Shown piece by piece: positions 37,235-48,557 of a stretch of 64,000 bases of DNA (position 1 is the first letter of the stretch; each line of letters begins with the position of its first letter). The notes below the pieces were generated by a model. It was not told where the DNA came from and did no database searches. It worked only from the letters and a program-made list of their open reading frames with translations. Source of the stretch: Candidatus Binatia bacterium. GTDB lineage: Bacteria; Desulfobacterota; Binatia; UBA9968; JAJDTQ01. A program made the position numbers and the translations under genes. The stretch spans positions 352,001-416,000 of the forward strand of contig OY762897.2 of assembly GCA_963666515.2 (NCBI GenBank), given 5' to 3'.

Positions 37235-39289
37235 TTACTCCCGGATCCCCGCCAGATCCAGCAGGAAGGCGTACTCCAGGGCGATCTCGCGGTAGCGCTT
37301 GAAGCGCCCGGACGCGCCGCCGTGCCCCGCCTCCATATTCGTTTTCAACAGCAGCCGGTTCCGGTCCGTCTTGACGGCGCGCAGCTTCGCCACCCACTTG
37401 GCCGGCTCCCAGTACTGCACCTGGGAGTCGTGCAGGCCGGTGGTCACCAGCATGTGCGGGTAGTCCTTCGCCTCGACGTTGTCGTAGGGCGAGTACGACA
37501 GCATGTAGTCATAATATTCCCGGTCGTTGGGGTTGCCCCACTCGTCGTACTCGCCGGTGGTGAGGGGGATGTCCGGGTCGAGCATGGTGGTGACGATGTC
37601 CACGAACGGGACCTGCGCCACCACCCCCTCGAACAGGTCCGGCCGCAGGTTCACCACCGCGCCCATCAAAAGCCCCCCGGCGCTGCCCCCCATGGCGAAC
37701 AGCCGCTTCGGCGAGGTGTAGCCTTGCTCGACCAGGTGCTCGGCGCAGGCGATGAAGTCGGTGAAGGTGTTCTTCTTGTTGAGCAGCCTGCCGTCCTCGT
37801 ACCACGCCCGCCCCATCTCCTCGCCGCCCCGGACGTGTGCAATGGCGAACGTGAAGCCCCGGTCCAGCAGGCTCAGGCGGGCGGAGCCGAAGGCGGCGTC
37901 GAGGCTGTGGCCGTAGGAGCCGTAGCCGTAGAGCAGCAGCGGGCTTCGGCCGTCCCGTTCCATTCCCTCGCGGTACACCAGCGAGATGGGGATACGGACG
38001 CCGTCCGCGGCGGTGGCGTGCAGCCGTTCGGTGCGGTAGTCCGCGGAGTCGAACCCGCCCAGCACCTCCTCCTGCTTGAGCAGGGTCTTCTCCCGGGTCA
38101 CCATGTCGTAGTCGTAGATGGAGCTGGGCGTGGTCATGGAGGTGTAGCCGTAGCGCAGCACCGTGGTGTCGAACTCCAGGTTGACGTTGGTTCCGGCCAG
38201 GTAGGCGGGCTCGCCGAACTCCAGGTAGTGTTCCTGCGAGCCGTCCCAAGGCATCACCCGGAGTTGCACCAGCCCGTCCCGCCGCTCTTCCAGCACCAGG
38301 TGGTCGCGGAACACCTCGAAGCCCTCCAGCAGCACGTCGGGACGGTGCGGGATGACCTCCTGCCAGTGCTCCTTGCCGGTGCGGTCCAGGGAGGTCGACA
38401 CGAGGCGGAAGTTCCGGGCCTCGTGGTTGGTGTGGATGAAGAAACGGTCCTCGAAGTGGTCCACGGCGTGTTCGTGCCCCCGTTCCCGCGGCAGGAAGAC
38501 CGTGAACGCTCCCGTGGGGTCGCCGGCGTCGAGATAGCGGTACTCGTTGCTGAGGGTCTGGGAGGAGACGATCATGAGGTATCGCTTGGACTTGGTCTTG
38601 AACACGTGGGCCGAGAAGGTGTCGTCGGCCTCCTCGTAGACGAGCACGTCCTCCGCGGGATCGGTTCCCAGCACGTGGCGGTAGATGCGGTATGACCGCA
38701 GGGTCTCGGGGTCCTGCTTGGCGTAGAAAAGGGTGCGGTTGTCGTTGGCCCAGGTGATGTTGCTGGTCACCTCGGGGATGACGTCGGGCAGGGTCTCGCC
38801 GGTGGCGAGGTCCTTGAAACGGATGGTGTAGATGCGCCGTCCCTGCGCGTCCTCCGTGTACGCCAGCAGGTCCTGCCCAAAGCTCACCGCGAGCCTCCCC
38901 ACCGCGAAGAACTCGTGCCCCTCGGCCAGGACGTTCACGTCGAGCATCAGCTCTTCCGGGTTCTCCAGAGAATCGCGCTTGCGGGCGTAGAGGGGATACT
39001 CCCGGCCCTCCTCGTAGCGGGTGTAATAGTAGTAGTCGTCCCGCCGGTAGGGTACCGACATGTCCGTCTGCTTGATGCGCCCCTTGATCTCCTCGAACAG
39101 CGCCTCTTCCAGCGGCTGGACGTGGGCCATGGCCGCCTTGGTGTGCTCGTTCTCGGCCTCCAGGTAGGCCACCGTGTCGGGATTGTCCCGTTCCCGAAGC
39201 CAGTAATAGTCGTCCCTGCGTACGTGGCCGTGGTGCTCCAACTCGTGCGTGACAACGTTGGCGGCCGGCGGTTTCGGGGTGGTTTCCAT
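37235..39289 (-). CDS. ptrB: Oligopeptidase B (S9A)
   Basis: DDYYWLR, GGSAGG, HDSQV, AGHGG. Confidence 0.92.
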   Translation of the reverse strand: METTPKPPAANVVTHELEHHGHVRRDDYYWLRERDNPDTVAYLEAENEHTKAAMAHVQPLEEALFEEIKGRIKQTDMSVPYRRDDYYYYTRYEEGREYPLYARKRDSLENPEELMLDVNVLAEGHEFFAVGRLAVSFGQDLLAYTEDAQGRRIYTIRFKDLATGETLPDVIPEVTSNITWANDNRTLFYAKQDPETLRSYRIYRHVLGTDPAEDVLVYEEADDTFSAHVFKTKSKRYLMIVSSQTLSNEYRYLDAGDPTGAFTVFLPRERGHEHAVDHFEDRFFIHTNHEARNFRLVSTSLDRTGKEHWQEVIPHRPDVLLEGFEVFRDHLVLEERRDGLVQLRVMPWDGSQEHYLEFGEPAYLAGTNVNLEFDTTVLRYGYTSMTTPSSIYDYDMVTREKTLLKQEEVLGGFDSADYRTERLHATAADGVRIPISLVYREGMERDGRSPLLLYGYGSYGHSLDAAFGSARLSLLDRGFTFAIAHVRGGEEMGRAWYEDGRLLNKKNTFTDFIACAEHLVEQGYTSPKRLFAMGGSAGGLLMGAVVNLRPDLFEGVVAQVPFVDIVTTMLDPDIPLTTGEYDEWGNPNDREYYDYMLSYSPYDNVEAKDYPHMLVTTGLHDSQVQYWEPAKWVAKLRAVKTDRNRLLLKTNMEAGHGGASGRFKRYREIALEYAFLLDLAGIRE

Positions 39290-39387
39290 GCGCCCACCTT
39301 ACCAGAAATCAGGACGTTGACCACGACTCGCATTCTTCCCGCAAAGTCGATAGCCTGTCCCCATCCGCTTTCCGAAAGGAGTCCGCC

Positions 39388-40443
39388 ATGGCCACCAAGG
39401 CAGTCATGGAGTTCAAGGTCCATCCCTACGTGCAGTTCATGAGCGACCGGTTCGGGGCCTACGACCGCTGGATCGAATCGGAGGGACTGCCGGTGGTGAG
39501 CGGCTCCCACGTCCAGGACGTGCGCACGCTGGCGCTGGGGGACTGGCCGCGCCGGGGCGGCAAGGGCGCCTACCTGTCGTTCTCGGACCAGAACGTGGCC
39601 GACGGCTACGTGTGCGAGATCGCCGCGGGCGCGAGCCTTGTCCCCCAGCGGCATCTCTTCGAGGAGATCGTGCTCATCGCCGAGGGCCGGGGCGCCACCA
39701 CGGTGTGGTACGACGAGGCCCGGAAGCGGACCTTCGAGTGGGAAGCCGGCAGCCTTTTCGCCATCCCGCTCAACGCCTGGCACCAGCACTTCAACGCCAG
39801 CGGCACCGACCGCGCCCGCTATTTCGCGCTGACCAGCGCGCCGGTGGTGTTCGAGCTGTACCGGGACGCCGACTTCATCTTCAACACCGACCACGTCTTC
39901 CGGGACCGTTTCGACCCCGCCCAGGAGGATTTCTTCAGCCGCGAGGGGAAGTACAACACCGATTATTACGGCGGCATCCTGGAGAACAACTTCATCAGCA
40001 ACATCCGCGACATCAAGCTGGTGCCCCGGGAGAAGCGCGGCAAGGGCAACCGCAACATGTACATCCACATGGCCGGCAGCACCATGCTGGCCCACGTCTC
40101 GCAGTTCCCGGTGGGGACCTACAAGAAGGCGCACCGCCACGGCCCCGGCGCCCACATCTACATGCTCGACTCCACCGGCTACTCGCTCATGTGGCAGGAG
40201 GGCGAGAAGCCGGAGCGCTTCGACTGGCAGGAGGGCACGGTCATCTCGCCGCCGGCGGGAAGCTGGCACCAGCACTACAACACCGGCGCCGAGCCCTGCC
40301 GGTTCGTGGCGCTCCATGCCTCCACCGCGGTGCAGGGCGAGGAGCGCGGGGTGGAGCAGATCGAGTTCGAGGACGAGGACAAGGTCCTGCGGCAGATGTA
40401 CGAAGACGAGTGCGCGCGCAACGGCGTCACCGCGCAGATGTGA
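39388..40443 (+). CDS. Bicupin domain protein
   Basis: QRHLFEE...WHQH and AHRHGPG...WHQH. Confidence 0.85.
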   Translation: MATKAVMEFKVHPYVQFMSDRFGAYDRWIESEGLPVVSGSHVQDVRTLALGDWPRRGGKGAYLSFSDQNVADGYVCEIAAGASLVPQRHLFEEIVLIAEGRGATTVWYDEARKRTFEWEAGSLFAIPLNAWHQHFNASGTDRARYFALTSAPVVFELYRDADFIFNTDHVFRDRFDPAQEDFFSREGKYNTDYYGGILENNFISNIRDIKLVPREKRGKGNRNMYIHMAGSTMLAHVSQFPVGTYKKAHRHGPGAHIYMLDSTGYSLMWQEGEKPERFDWQEGTVISPPAGSWHQHYNTGAEPCRFVALHASTAVQGEERGVEQIEFEDEDKVLRQMYEDECARNGVTAQM

Positions 40444-40478
40444 GCGCGGTTGGGCCATCAAACCGGAAAGGAGCGGCC

Positions 40479-40943
40479 ATGAGCGAGAACGCATCCAAAA
40501 AGGCCCGCGCCATGGGCATCAACCACGTGGTGCTGGAGGTGGGAGATCTGGGCCGGGCCCTTGAGTTCTACGGCGCCATCTTCGACTTCACCCTGCGCGG
40601 CCGGAGCGACCACAACGCCTTCATCGACCTCGGCGACCAGTTCATCCAGTTGAGCCTCGGCAAGACCCAGGAGGCCGACGGCAAGCGCCACTTCGGCTTC
40701 GTGGTGGACGACCGGACGCCGGTGCGGGAGGCCCTGGACCGGCTGGGCGTCAAGCCCCTGGACCAGCGGCTCAACTTCCGCGACCCGTGGGGCAACCGCA
40801 TCGAGGTGGTGCCCTACGACGACGTCCAGTTCTCCAAGGCCCCCAACGTGCTCAACGGCATGGGACTTGGGGACTTGAGGAAGACGCCGGACGCCGTCGC
40901 GGAGCTGACGAAGAAGGGGATGGCGCCTACTTCGCCTTCTTGA
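40479..40943 (+). CDS. VOC (glyoxalase/bleomycin resistance) family protein
   Basis: INHVVLEV, HFGF, FRDPWGNRIEV; RBS AAGGAG. Confidence 0.88.
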   Translation: MSENASKKARAMGINHVVLEVGDLGRALEFYGAIFDFTLRGRSDHNAFIDLGDQFIQLSLGKTQEADGKRHFGFVVDDRTPVREALDRLGVKPLDQRLNFRDPWGNRIEVVPYDDVQFSKAPNVLNGMGLGDLRKTPDAVAELTKKGMAPTSPS

Positions 40944-41961
40944 AGCCGGTCAGGACCTGGAGATACTCCTTGATCTTCGGCGGCATGTTGTTGATGGAGT
41001 GCAACGCATCCGCGATGTCCTTGGGCGATACGTAGTCGATGTTGAGCTTGGCCTTCTTCGCTTCGGCCAGGAAATCCGCATCCTCCATCACCGCCTTGTA
41101 GGCCTTCCGCAGGATGGCGACGCGGTCCTTGGGCGTGCCCGGCGGCAGCGTGTAGACCCGCGTGATCTTGTTCTGCCCGTTCCAGGCGTTGAAGGCCGCG
41201 AGGTTCTCGCCCTTGAGGACGTCCGAGAAGAGTGGGATGTCCTTCACCTCGGGGTCGGGGTGCCGCTTGGTGATGATGAAGGGGATGAGCCGCTTGTCCG
41301 GAGGGGCGTCGAGCATGCCTCGGGCCGTGACCCTCATGGACTCCCAGGTCCAGCAGGCGCCGTCGATCTCGCCCGACTCCATGGCCAGCCGTATCGTCGC
41401 CGTGCCGCCGTAACCCGGGATGCTCTTGAACCTGGTCCCCAGTTCCTTGTTGAGGAACAGGAACGGATCGGTGGTGTTGCCGGGTGCGCGGGTGCCGCCC
41501 ATGGTCACCACCTTGCCCGACTTGATGACGTCGTCCAGCGACTTGAGCCCGGAGGCCGCCATGAGGCCGCAGGCCACCGAGTCCGACGTTGGGGTGCCGA
41601 TGTACTCGAACTCCGCCGGCTCGATCCGCACCTTCTTGTCGCCCATGGCCTTGGCGAAGATCAGCGCCGGGCTCCATACCCCCAGGGTCTTGCCGTCCGC
41701 CTTGGCCCGCTTGTAGATGTGGTTGGCCGTGATCAGGCTCCCCGCCCCGGGCATGTTCTGAACCACCGGAGTCGGTTTTCCCGGAATGTACTTGCTGATG
41801 TAGCGGGCGATGTAGCGGGTGTAGGTGTCATAGCCGCCGCCCGGTGAGAATCCCACCAGCATCCGCAACGTCTTGTCCTTGTAGAAGTCTTCGGCGCCCG
41901 CCGGCGCGTAGGCCAGCGTGAGCGCCAACAGCGCCGCCAGCAGCACGATTCTGCGAAGCAT
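40927..41961 (-). CDS. Tripartite tricarboxylate transporter substrate-binding protein (Bug/TctC-like)
   Basis: Signal peptide; VGFSPGGGYD, NMPGAG, GYGG...GEID. Confidence 0.85.
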   Translation of the reverse strand: MLRRIVLLAALLALTLAYAPAGAEDFYKDKTLRMLVGFSPGGGYDTYTRYIARYISKYIPGKPTPVVQNMPGAGSLITANHIYKRAKADGKTLGVWSPALIFAKAMGDKKVRIEPAEFEYIGTPTSDSVACGLMAASGLKSLDDVIKSGKVVTMGGTRAPGNTTDPFLFLNKELGTRFKSIPGYGGTATIRLAMESGEIDGACWTWESMRVTARGMLDAPPDKRLIPFIITKRHPDPEVKDIPLFSDVLKGENLAAFNAWNGQNKITRVYTLPPGTPKDRVAILRKAYKAVMEDADFLAEAKKAKLNIDYVSPKDIADALHSINNMPPKIKEYLQVLTGFKKAK

Positions 41962-42006
41962 AGTGCTACCTCCTTGTCCGTTTTCGGGTTTGCACCCGAT
42001 TCGACC

Positions 42007-42056
42007 GGCTACGCGTAGCAACAAGGGCCTTGGCTACGCGTAGCAACAAGGACCTT
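42007..42056. repeat. Tandem 25-bp repeat (24/25), each unit carrying the palindrome GCTACGCGTAGC
   Basis: ggctacgcgtagcaacaagggcctt / ggctacgcgtagcaacaaggacctt. Confidence 0.85.
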
Positions 42057-42143
42057 GTAGTGTCAACAGTTCTCCCTGATCTGCGGACTTCAAGGGACAC
42101 CTTCTCGTTAGCTCCCGGCCCCTCCTTCAGGCTTAATTTCTTG

Positions 42144-42172
42144 TTGACCACTAATTAAACATGAAATATACA
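42144..42172 (+). promoter_or_regulatory. Putative sigma70 promoter of the adhesin gene
   Basis: TTGACC-N17-TATACA in an AT-rich patch. Confidence 0.4.
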
Positions 42173-42215
42173 CGAAACGGATATATTTTGAGTTCTGGCA
42201 AGTGAGCAACAATGG

Positions 42216-45200
42216 ATGCGCACCAACGGGTACGGACTGTCCAGCATGCAGTGGGAATACGCAACGGATCGCCGTGACCCACCGGCATCACGGGCAATGA
42301 CCGTGGCGGGCGTAGTCCTGCTCCTGCTGGCCGCGGCGCTCTTCCTCGCCTCTCCCGCCCATGCCCAGAACGCCCCGGCCAAGCCCACGGGTTTTACGGC
42401 CACGGGCGGGAGCCACCAAGTCGCCCTGGCGTGGACCGACCCCTCCGACTCCACGATTCTCAGGTGGCAGTACCGGTACAAGGAGACGGGCGCTTACGGA
42501 AGCTGGACCGACGTGCCCGGCGGCTCGGCCACGACGACCTCGTACACGGTGACCGGGCTGGCCAACAGCAAGCAATACACCTTCCAGATCCGGGCTGGCA
42601 ACAGCGGCGGCGACGGCGCCGCCTCGGACGAGAAGACGGCGACGATGGCGCCGGCGAAGCCGGGCTTTTTCGTGCTGACGCTTTTCGTCGATACCCCGGG
42701 GGTGCAGTTCGGGTGGAGCAGCACGGACCCGAACGACAGCACCATCGACAAGTGGCAATATCGCCAGAGGAAGGGGACGGGCGCTTTCGGGGAGTGGACC
42801 GAAATACCGAAGAGCGACTGGTACACCTTCAGGCTGTCGCTGGAGGCCGACCAGTATTCCTTCCAGATCCGGGTCGTCAACGAAAGCGGCAACGGCGACC
42901 CGTCGCACATCAGGTCGGCGACGTTCGCGAAAGGCATTTGCAGCCGCACCGCGGCGGTGCAGACCGCCATCATCGCCCTCTACAAGTCGCAGAAGGGCAA
43001 AGACCTGACCTGTGGCGAGGTCACGGGCAAGGAACTCTACGAGCTCAGCGGCGGACTCAACCTGGGCAGCAAAAGCCTCACCTCCCTGAAGGCGGGCGAT
43101 TTCGACGGGCTGGGGAACCTCGGCGGCGTTTCGCTCAGCAATAACTCCCTGACGACGCTGCCGGCCGACGTGTTCAAGGGGCTCGCCCGTGTCCGCTCCC
43201 TGAGTCTGGACGGCAACCAACTGACGGCCCTGCCCGCCGGCGTGTTCGACGACTTCGGCGGATTGAACATTTTGAGCCTCAACGGCAATAAGATCGCCTC
43301 CCTTCGGTCGGACGTCTTCGCATCGCAATCGAGCCTGCTGGAGGTGCATCTTTGGGACAACGAGTTGACGACCCTGCCGGCCGGCGTGTTCAGCAAGCTG
43401 TCGAAAGTGCGCCGATTGCGCCTGGAAAACAACAAGCTGTCCTCGCTGCCGGCCGGCGCGTTCAGGGGCCTGTGGCTCGAGTCGGTCCTGAACCTGAGCG
43501 GCAACAAGCTGACGACGCTGACGAAAGGCGTGTTCGACGGTCTGAAGCTGGCAGCGGCCGGGTCGGTGAGTCCGTCCGTCGCCCTGGACCTGAGCGGCAA
43601 CGATCTCACGTCGCTGCCGTCGGGCGTGTTCGACAAGCTGACGAAAATGCGCCGCCTGGAGCTGCAAAACAACGATCTCACGTCGTTGCCGTCGGGCGTG
43701 TTCGACAAGCTGCCGGATTTGTGGATGCTGAACCTCAACGGCAACGACATCGCGTCGCTGCCGGCGGATGTGTTCGACAAGAACCCCAAGCTGGGCTGGC
43801 TGGACCTGGGCGGCAACGAGCTGGCCTCGCTCACGGTCGACGCCTTCGCCGGCCTGTCGAAACTGGTCCAGTTGCGGTTGAACGACAATTCCCTGACGAA
43901 GCTGCCGCAGGCCGTGTTCGGCGACCAGTCGAGTTTGAAGATACTGTATCTGCGCGGCAACGCCCTGCTGTGCCTCCCCGACATCCCCCAGTCGGTGACG
44001 CTGCTGACCCTGAACTCGAACCTCAGCCGCGACAACATGAAGCCGTGCGCGCCGTCAGCGTCGGCGGCGCCGGCGCTGACGGGCGGCCACAAGAAGCTGG
44101 ACGTGTCGTGGCAGGCGCCGTCCCACAGCATCGGCGGGAGCGTCACCGACTACGACCTGCGCTACCGGGCCGGAACCTCGGGCGCCTGGACGAACTGGTC
44201 CCATACCGGAACCGGCCGCACCGCCACCATCACCGGCCTGACCAACGCCGTGTCCTACCAAGTGCAGGTGCGGGCGGCGAACGCCCTGGGCATCGGCGCT
44301 TGGTCCGCGGCCGGCTCTGCCAGTCCGGTAAGCGGCATCCGTATCGTGCTCTCCGAGACCGGCGTGACGGTGGCGGAGGGCGGCACGGCGACCTATACCG
44401 TGAAGCTGGGCGTGGCCCCGGACGCGGGAGTGACCGTGGCGGTGGCGCGGAGCTCCGGAGACACCAACATCACCGTGTCCGGCGGGTCGTCGCTGACCTT
44501 CACGACGGCGACCTGGGACACAGCGCAGACGGTGACGCTGGCGGCTGCCGAGGACCCCGACCTCCAGAACAGCAGCGCCACGATCACCCACACGGCCTCC
44601 AGCACCGGCGAGTACAACGGCACGACCGCGACCCTCACCGCCACCGAAGGGGACAACGACACCGCCGGACTGGTGGCGCCGGCGACCGCGGAGGTGCTGG
44701 AGGGCGGGACCAAGGACTACACGGTGAAGCTCTCGCAGCAGCCGTCCGCGGACGTGACGGTGACGGTGACGCGGGTCTCCGGCGACGGCAGTCTTTCGGT
44801 AAAGACCGGGTCGTCGCTGACCTTCAGCACGACGGACTGGAACATCCCGCAGACCGTGACCCTGCAGGCGGCGCAGGACCCCGACCATGCGCGCGGCACC
44901 GCAGTGTTCCGGCACGCGGCCAGCGGGGGCGGCTACAACGGCGTGACCGCGGACCTGACGGCGACGGAAAACGACGACGACACCCTGGGCATGGTGCTCT
45001 CGAAATCGAGCGTGAAGGTGCCGGAGGGCGGGCAGACGGCCTACACGGTGAAGCTGGGGACCCGGCCGACCGGCGGCAACGTGCAGGTGACGGTGGCGCG
45101 GAAGTCCGGCGGCGACACGGACCTGACGGTGAAGACCGGGGCGCTGCTGAGCTTCACGAACCAGAACTGGGACACGCCGCAGGACGTGATCCTGCAGGCG

Positions 45201-45692
45201 GCCCAGGACGCGGACGCCCTCCACGGAACCGCGGCGTTCGTGCACACGTCGAGCGGCGCCGACTATGGCGGCTTGAGCAAGGAGCTTACGGCCACGGAGG
45301 CGGACGACGAGGTCGGGCTGGTGCTCTCGAAGACGCGCGCGACCGTGCCGGAGGGCGGCACGGCGACCTATACGGTGAAGTTGAAGGGCCTGCCCACCGC
45401 CACGGTGACGGTGACGGTGGGGAGGAAGGCCGGCGGCGATACGCACCTGACGGCGGACACGGACTCCGGCACGGACGGAGACCAGAACACGTTGACCTTC
45501 ACGACGACGAACTGGAGCACGGCGCAGACGGTGACGCTGTCGGCGGCGGACGATCCGGACAACGTCAACGGGGAGGCGGTGTTCACGCACGCCGCGGCCG
45601 GAGGCCAGTACACCCGTCAGTTGCAAAAATCCCTCTTGAAGAGCCCGCTCAGGCCGTCCTACAAAGGCTCTCCGGTGTCATACGGCAAATAG
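42216..45692 (+). pseudogene. 5' fragment of an FN3-LRR-Ig-like autotransporter adhesin (native sequence ends at 45612, then reads into IS1380)
   Basis: Signal peptide ending ASPAHA, 3 FN3-like domains, about 13 LRRs, 4 Ig/Calx-beta-like repeats. Confidence 0.85.
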
Positions 45693-45864
45693 CTCAGGCT
45701 CACCATCTGTGAAGCTAAGCCACAGCCGCCCGTGAGATAAAATCGAGGGGGGTTGTTGCGACATTTTTTCGAACAAAACGAGGTGAGCTAAAGGATGTGG
45801 TCTCCGAAACTGATATAATCATCGTTGGTATCATCCCAATACCCGATGAAACGGAGACCACGAA

Positions 45865-46403
45865 ATGAAACTTAGCAGAACCGCGGTTCGAGGTAAAGCC
45901 ACGCTGGGCATGGAGGTTCGATTCGAGCCGCAGAAACTGACATCGTATTCGGGGCTCATCCTCTTTCAGCACTTCTTTTCCCACCTGGGTCTCAAGGAGC
46001 GGCTGGGGCGGTGCTTCCGCCACCTGAAAGCCAACCCCATCTACGGTCACCACGTCGTGTTGCTCCTGCTGGTGGTGCATCTCATCATCGGACACCGACG
46101 GTTGCAAGACTTGGCGTACTACCGGGATGATGAACTGGTCCGGCGGTTGCTTGGGCTGAAACGCTTGCCGGACGTGTCTACCGTGAGCCGCTCGCTGAAG
46201 AGTGCCGACGCGTGCAGCGTCGACAACGTCCGCGCCGAGTCGAGAACGGTGGTCATCGAGCGCCTGGTGGCCGAAGGGTTCGCGACTATCACCCTGGACT
46301 TCGACGGCTCGGTCTTGAGCACCGGGCGTCGCGCCGAGGGCACGGCGGTGGGGTTCAACAAGAAGAAGAAAGGCGCCCGCAGCTACTATCCCCTGTTTTG
46401 CAC
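45865..46403 (+). pseudogene. IS1380 transposase, 5' fragment
   Basis: LTSYSGL, TLDFDGS, SYYPLFC; interrupted by IS4. Confidence 0.85.
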
Positions 46404-47666
46404 CACTGCTGTCCCACAAACTTTAGGTACCCGGGAGGGGGAGTTGGGGTGGCGGGGGAGCCGGGGGCGGCGGGTAGAGGAGGGAAAGGAGCGGGCGGCG
46501 GTCGAAGAGGTTGAGTTGGAGGAGGCGGAGGATGTGGTAGAGGGAGAGGGAGATACGATTGAGGAACTTGATGTAAGCGATGAGGAGATAGACACAGAGG
46601 GCGATCCAGAGCTGAGTGAGGACGGCGTTGCGGGAGGTTCCGAGGAAGCTTTTGACTTTGAGGTGCTGCTTGATCCACTTGAAGAAGAGTTCGACTTGCC
46701 AGCGGTCTTTGTAGATGTCGGCGATGGTTTTGGGGGCCAGGGAGAAGTGGTTGGTGAGGAAGTCGTAGAACTGGCCGGTGGCGGCGTCGTAGTAGCCGAC
46801 GCGGCGGAGGGGGCGGGGATACTTGGAATGGCTGGAAGTGAGTTCGATGGTTTGATCGCAGATCACGCCCTGTTCGGGGTGGACGGGCCGGCTTTCACAG
46901 ACGCGGTAGCAGGCGCCTCTTTTGAGGCGGGTAACCAGGAAAATCCCTTGTGAATACAGGTGGTTGAGCCAACTGAAGTCCACGTAGCCCCGGTCCGCCA
47001 CCAGGATGCTGCCCTGGGGCAAGGTCAGCGCCCGCGCTCCATGGATGTCGGAAGTCTTGCCGTCGGTGATGTTGACGAAGGTCGGCAAATAACCGTCGTG
47101 GTCCAATCCCATGTGCACCTTCACCGCTCCCTTGGTGGTACGGAACTTTGCCCACGGAAACAGCGACAGACACAAGTCGATGGTGCTCGCATCCAGTGAG
47201 TACAGCTTGTTCTTGAAGCGAAACTTGTGTCCCGGCGCCTGACTCCGACAGCGGCCCAGCAACTTGCCGAACACCGCCTCGTATAACGTATACGGCTGCT
47301 TTTCGTTCACCCGCGCCAACGACGATCGGCTCACCCGCTTCACCCCAAGGTGATACTGCTTGTCCGCTTGCACGTCCAGGTTCCCCACGATGTCCCGCAG
47401 ACTGCTCCGCCCCGCCAATTGCCCTAGAACCATCGCCACAAACTGCCCCCACCGCGTCATCTTCCGCAGCCGCCGCCCCTCGTGGTGCTCCCGCGCCTCC
47501 CTCTCAAATTCATGTCTCGGCACCAGCTTGAGTATTTGCCCCAGTACGGTATGATTGTATGCCATGGACCTGAACCTCCCTGTTGATGGGGTTTTCGCTT
47601 GTTCCATCATAACACAGGCGAGCTCTTCAGGTCCTCCCTCATTCGTATTTTTGTGGGACAGCAGTG
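46404..47666 (-). mobile_element. IS4-family insertion sequence nested in IS1380
   Basis: Perfect 17-bp inverted repeats cactgctgtcccacaaa; target duplication gttttgcac (9 bp; 7 bp if the ends are 1 bp longer). Confidence 0.9.
46423..47565 (-). CDS. IS4 family transposase (DUF4372-like + DDE), apparently intact
   Basis: SLDAS, ADRGY, YKDRWQVELFFKWIKQ (YREK motif); start MAYNHT. Confidence 0.92.
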   Translation of the reverse strand: MAYNHTVLGQILKLVPRHEFEREAREHHEGRRLRKMTRWGQFVAMVLGQLAGRSSLRDIVGNLDVQADKQYHLGVKRVSRSSLARVNEKQPYTLYEAVFGKLLGRCRSQAPGHKFRFKNKLYSLDASTIDLCLSLFPWAKFRTTKGAVKVHMGLDHDGYLPTFVNITDGKTSDIHGARALTLPQGSILVADRGYVDFSWLNHLYSQGIFLVTRLKRGACYRVCESRPVHPEQGVICDQTIELTSSHSKYPRPLRRVGYYDAATGQFYDFLTNHFSLAPKTIADIYKDRWQVELFFKWIKQHLKVKSFLGTSRNAVLTQLWIALCVYLLIAYIKFLNRISLSLYHILRLLQLNLFDRRPLLSLLYPPPPAPPPPQLPLPGT

Positions 47667-47675
47667 GTTTTGCAC

Positions 47676-48513
47676 CGTCGCCCAGACCGACCAGGTGCTC
47701 GACGTCCACCATCGGCCGGGAAACGTCCACGACTCCAAGGGCGCCGGCGCCTTCATCGAGCGCTGTGTGTGCACCGTGCGCGCGAGCCTGCCCCGGACCA
47801 GGATCGAGGTGCGCATGGACAGCGCCTTCTTCAGCCGAGACATCATCGATCGACTTCACTCCCTGGGTGTCACCTTCACCGTCTCGGTGCCCTTCGAGCG
47901 CTTGGCCGAACTGAAGGGGATGATCGAAGGCAGACAACGATGGCGGCCCATGGCCAATGGACTCGGCTACTTCGAGACCCGCTGGAAACCCAAGTCCTGG
48001 AACACCCGCTATCGCTTCATCTTCATCAGAAAACCCGTCCGATACCAGGACAAGGAGGAAATCCAACTCGACCTCTTCAAGCCGGTCTCCCATGGGTACG
48101 AGTTCAAGGTCATCGTCACCAACAAGAGAATCCGCACACGCAACGTGGCGCTCTTCCACGAAGGACGGGGATCCCAAGAGGGCATCTTCGCCGAGTTGAA
48201 GTCCCACTGCCAAATGGGCTACGTGCCCGTCAAAACACGCGTCGGGAACCAGTTGTACATGTTCGCCAGCATCCTCGCTCACAACCTCACCCGCGAACTC
48301 CAGATGCGAATCCACCCGCGTGAGCGTTCGACCACAACCAAGCGCCCCGCCCTGTGGTGCTTCCGCGAAATCGGAACCCTGCGCCGTACCCTCATTCAAC
48401 GTGCCGGACGCATCATTCGCCCCGCCGGCAAGCTCATCCTGTCGATGAATACCAATCCGAATCTCGAAGCTGAATTCCGTCTTGCTCTCGCTGCCCTCAC
48501 CCCCGGCCCGTAA
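47676..48513 (+). pseudogene. IS1380 transposase, 3' fragment
   Basis: RPGNVH, RMDSAF, RGSQEGIFAELK; joins the 5' fragment in frame (PLFCTVAQ). Confidence 0.85.
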
Positions 48514-48557
48514 GTCACAAATTTAGCTGTGGTTTTGCAACAATCGGGTACACCGGA

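Larger units (their letters stand above)
45613..48548 (+). mobile_element. IS1380-family insertion sequence (1,664 bp once the nested IS4 is removed)
   Basis: Inverted ends cccgtcagttgcaaaa / ttttgcaacaatcggg; 4-bp target duplication TACA at 45609-45612 and 48549-48552. Confidence 0.88.

Noticed and set aside
36248-38695. Long alternative or antisense ORFs (also 49887-53279, 29339-31642, 23032-24993, 57291-59387)
   Set aside because: Shadow frames of well-supported genes in high-GC DNA; no motifs
45865-46953. 362-aa protein with an acidic tail
   Set aside because: Chimera of the IS1380 transposase 5' part and the IS4 antisense strand
46423-48399. 658-aa transposase in the ORF track
   Set aside because: The N-terminal extension is antisense to IS1380; the real IS4 transposase starts at 47565
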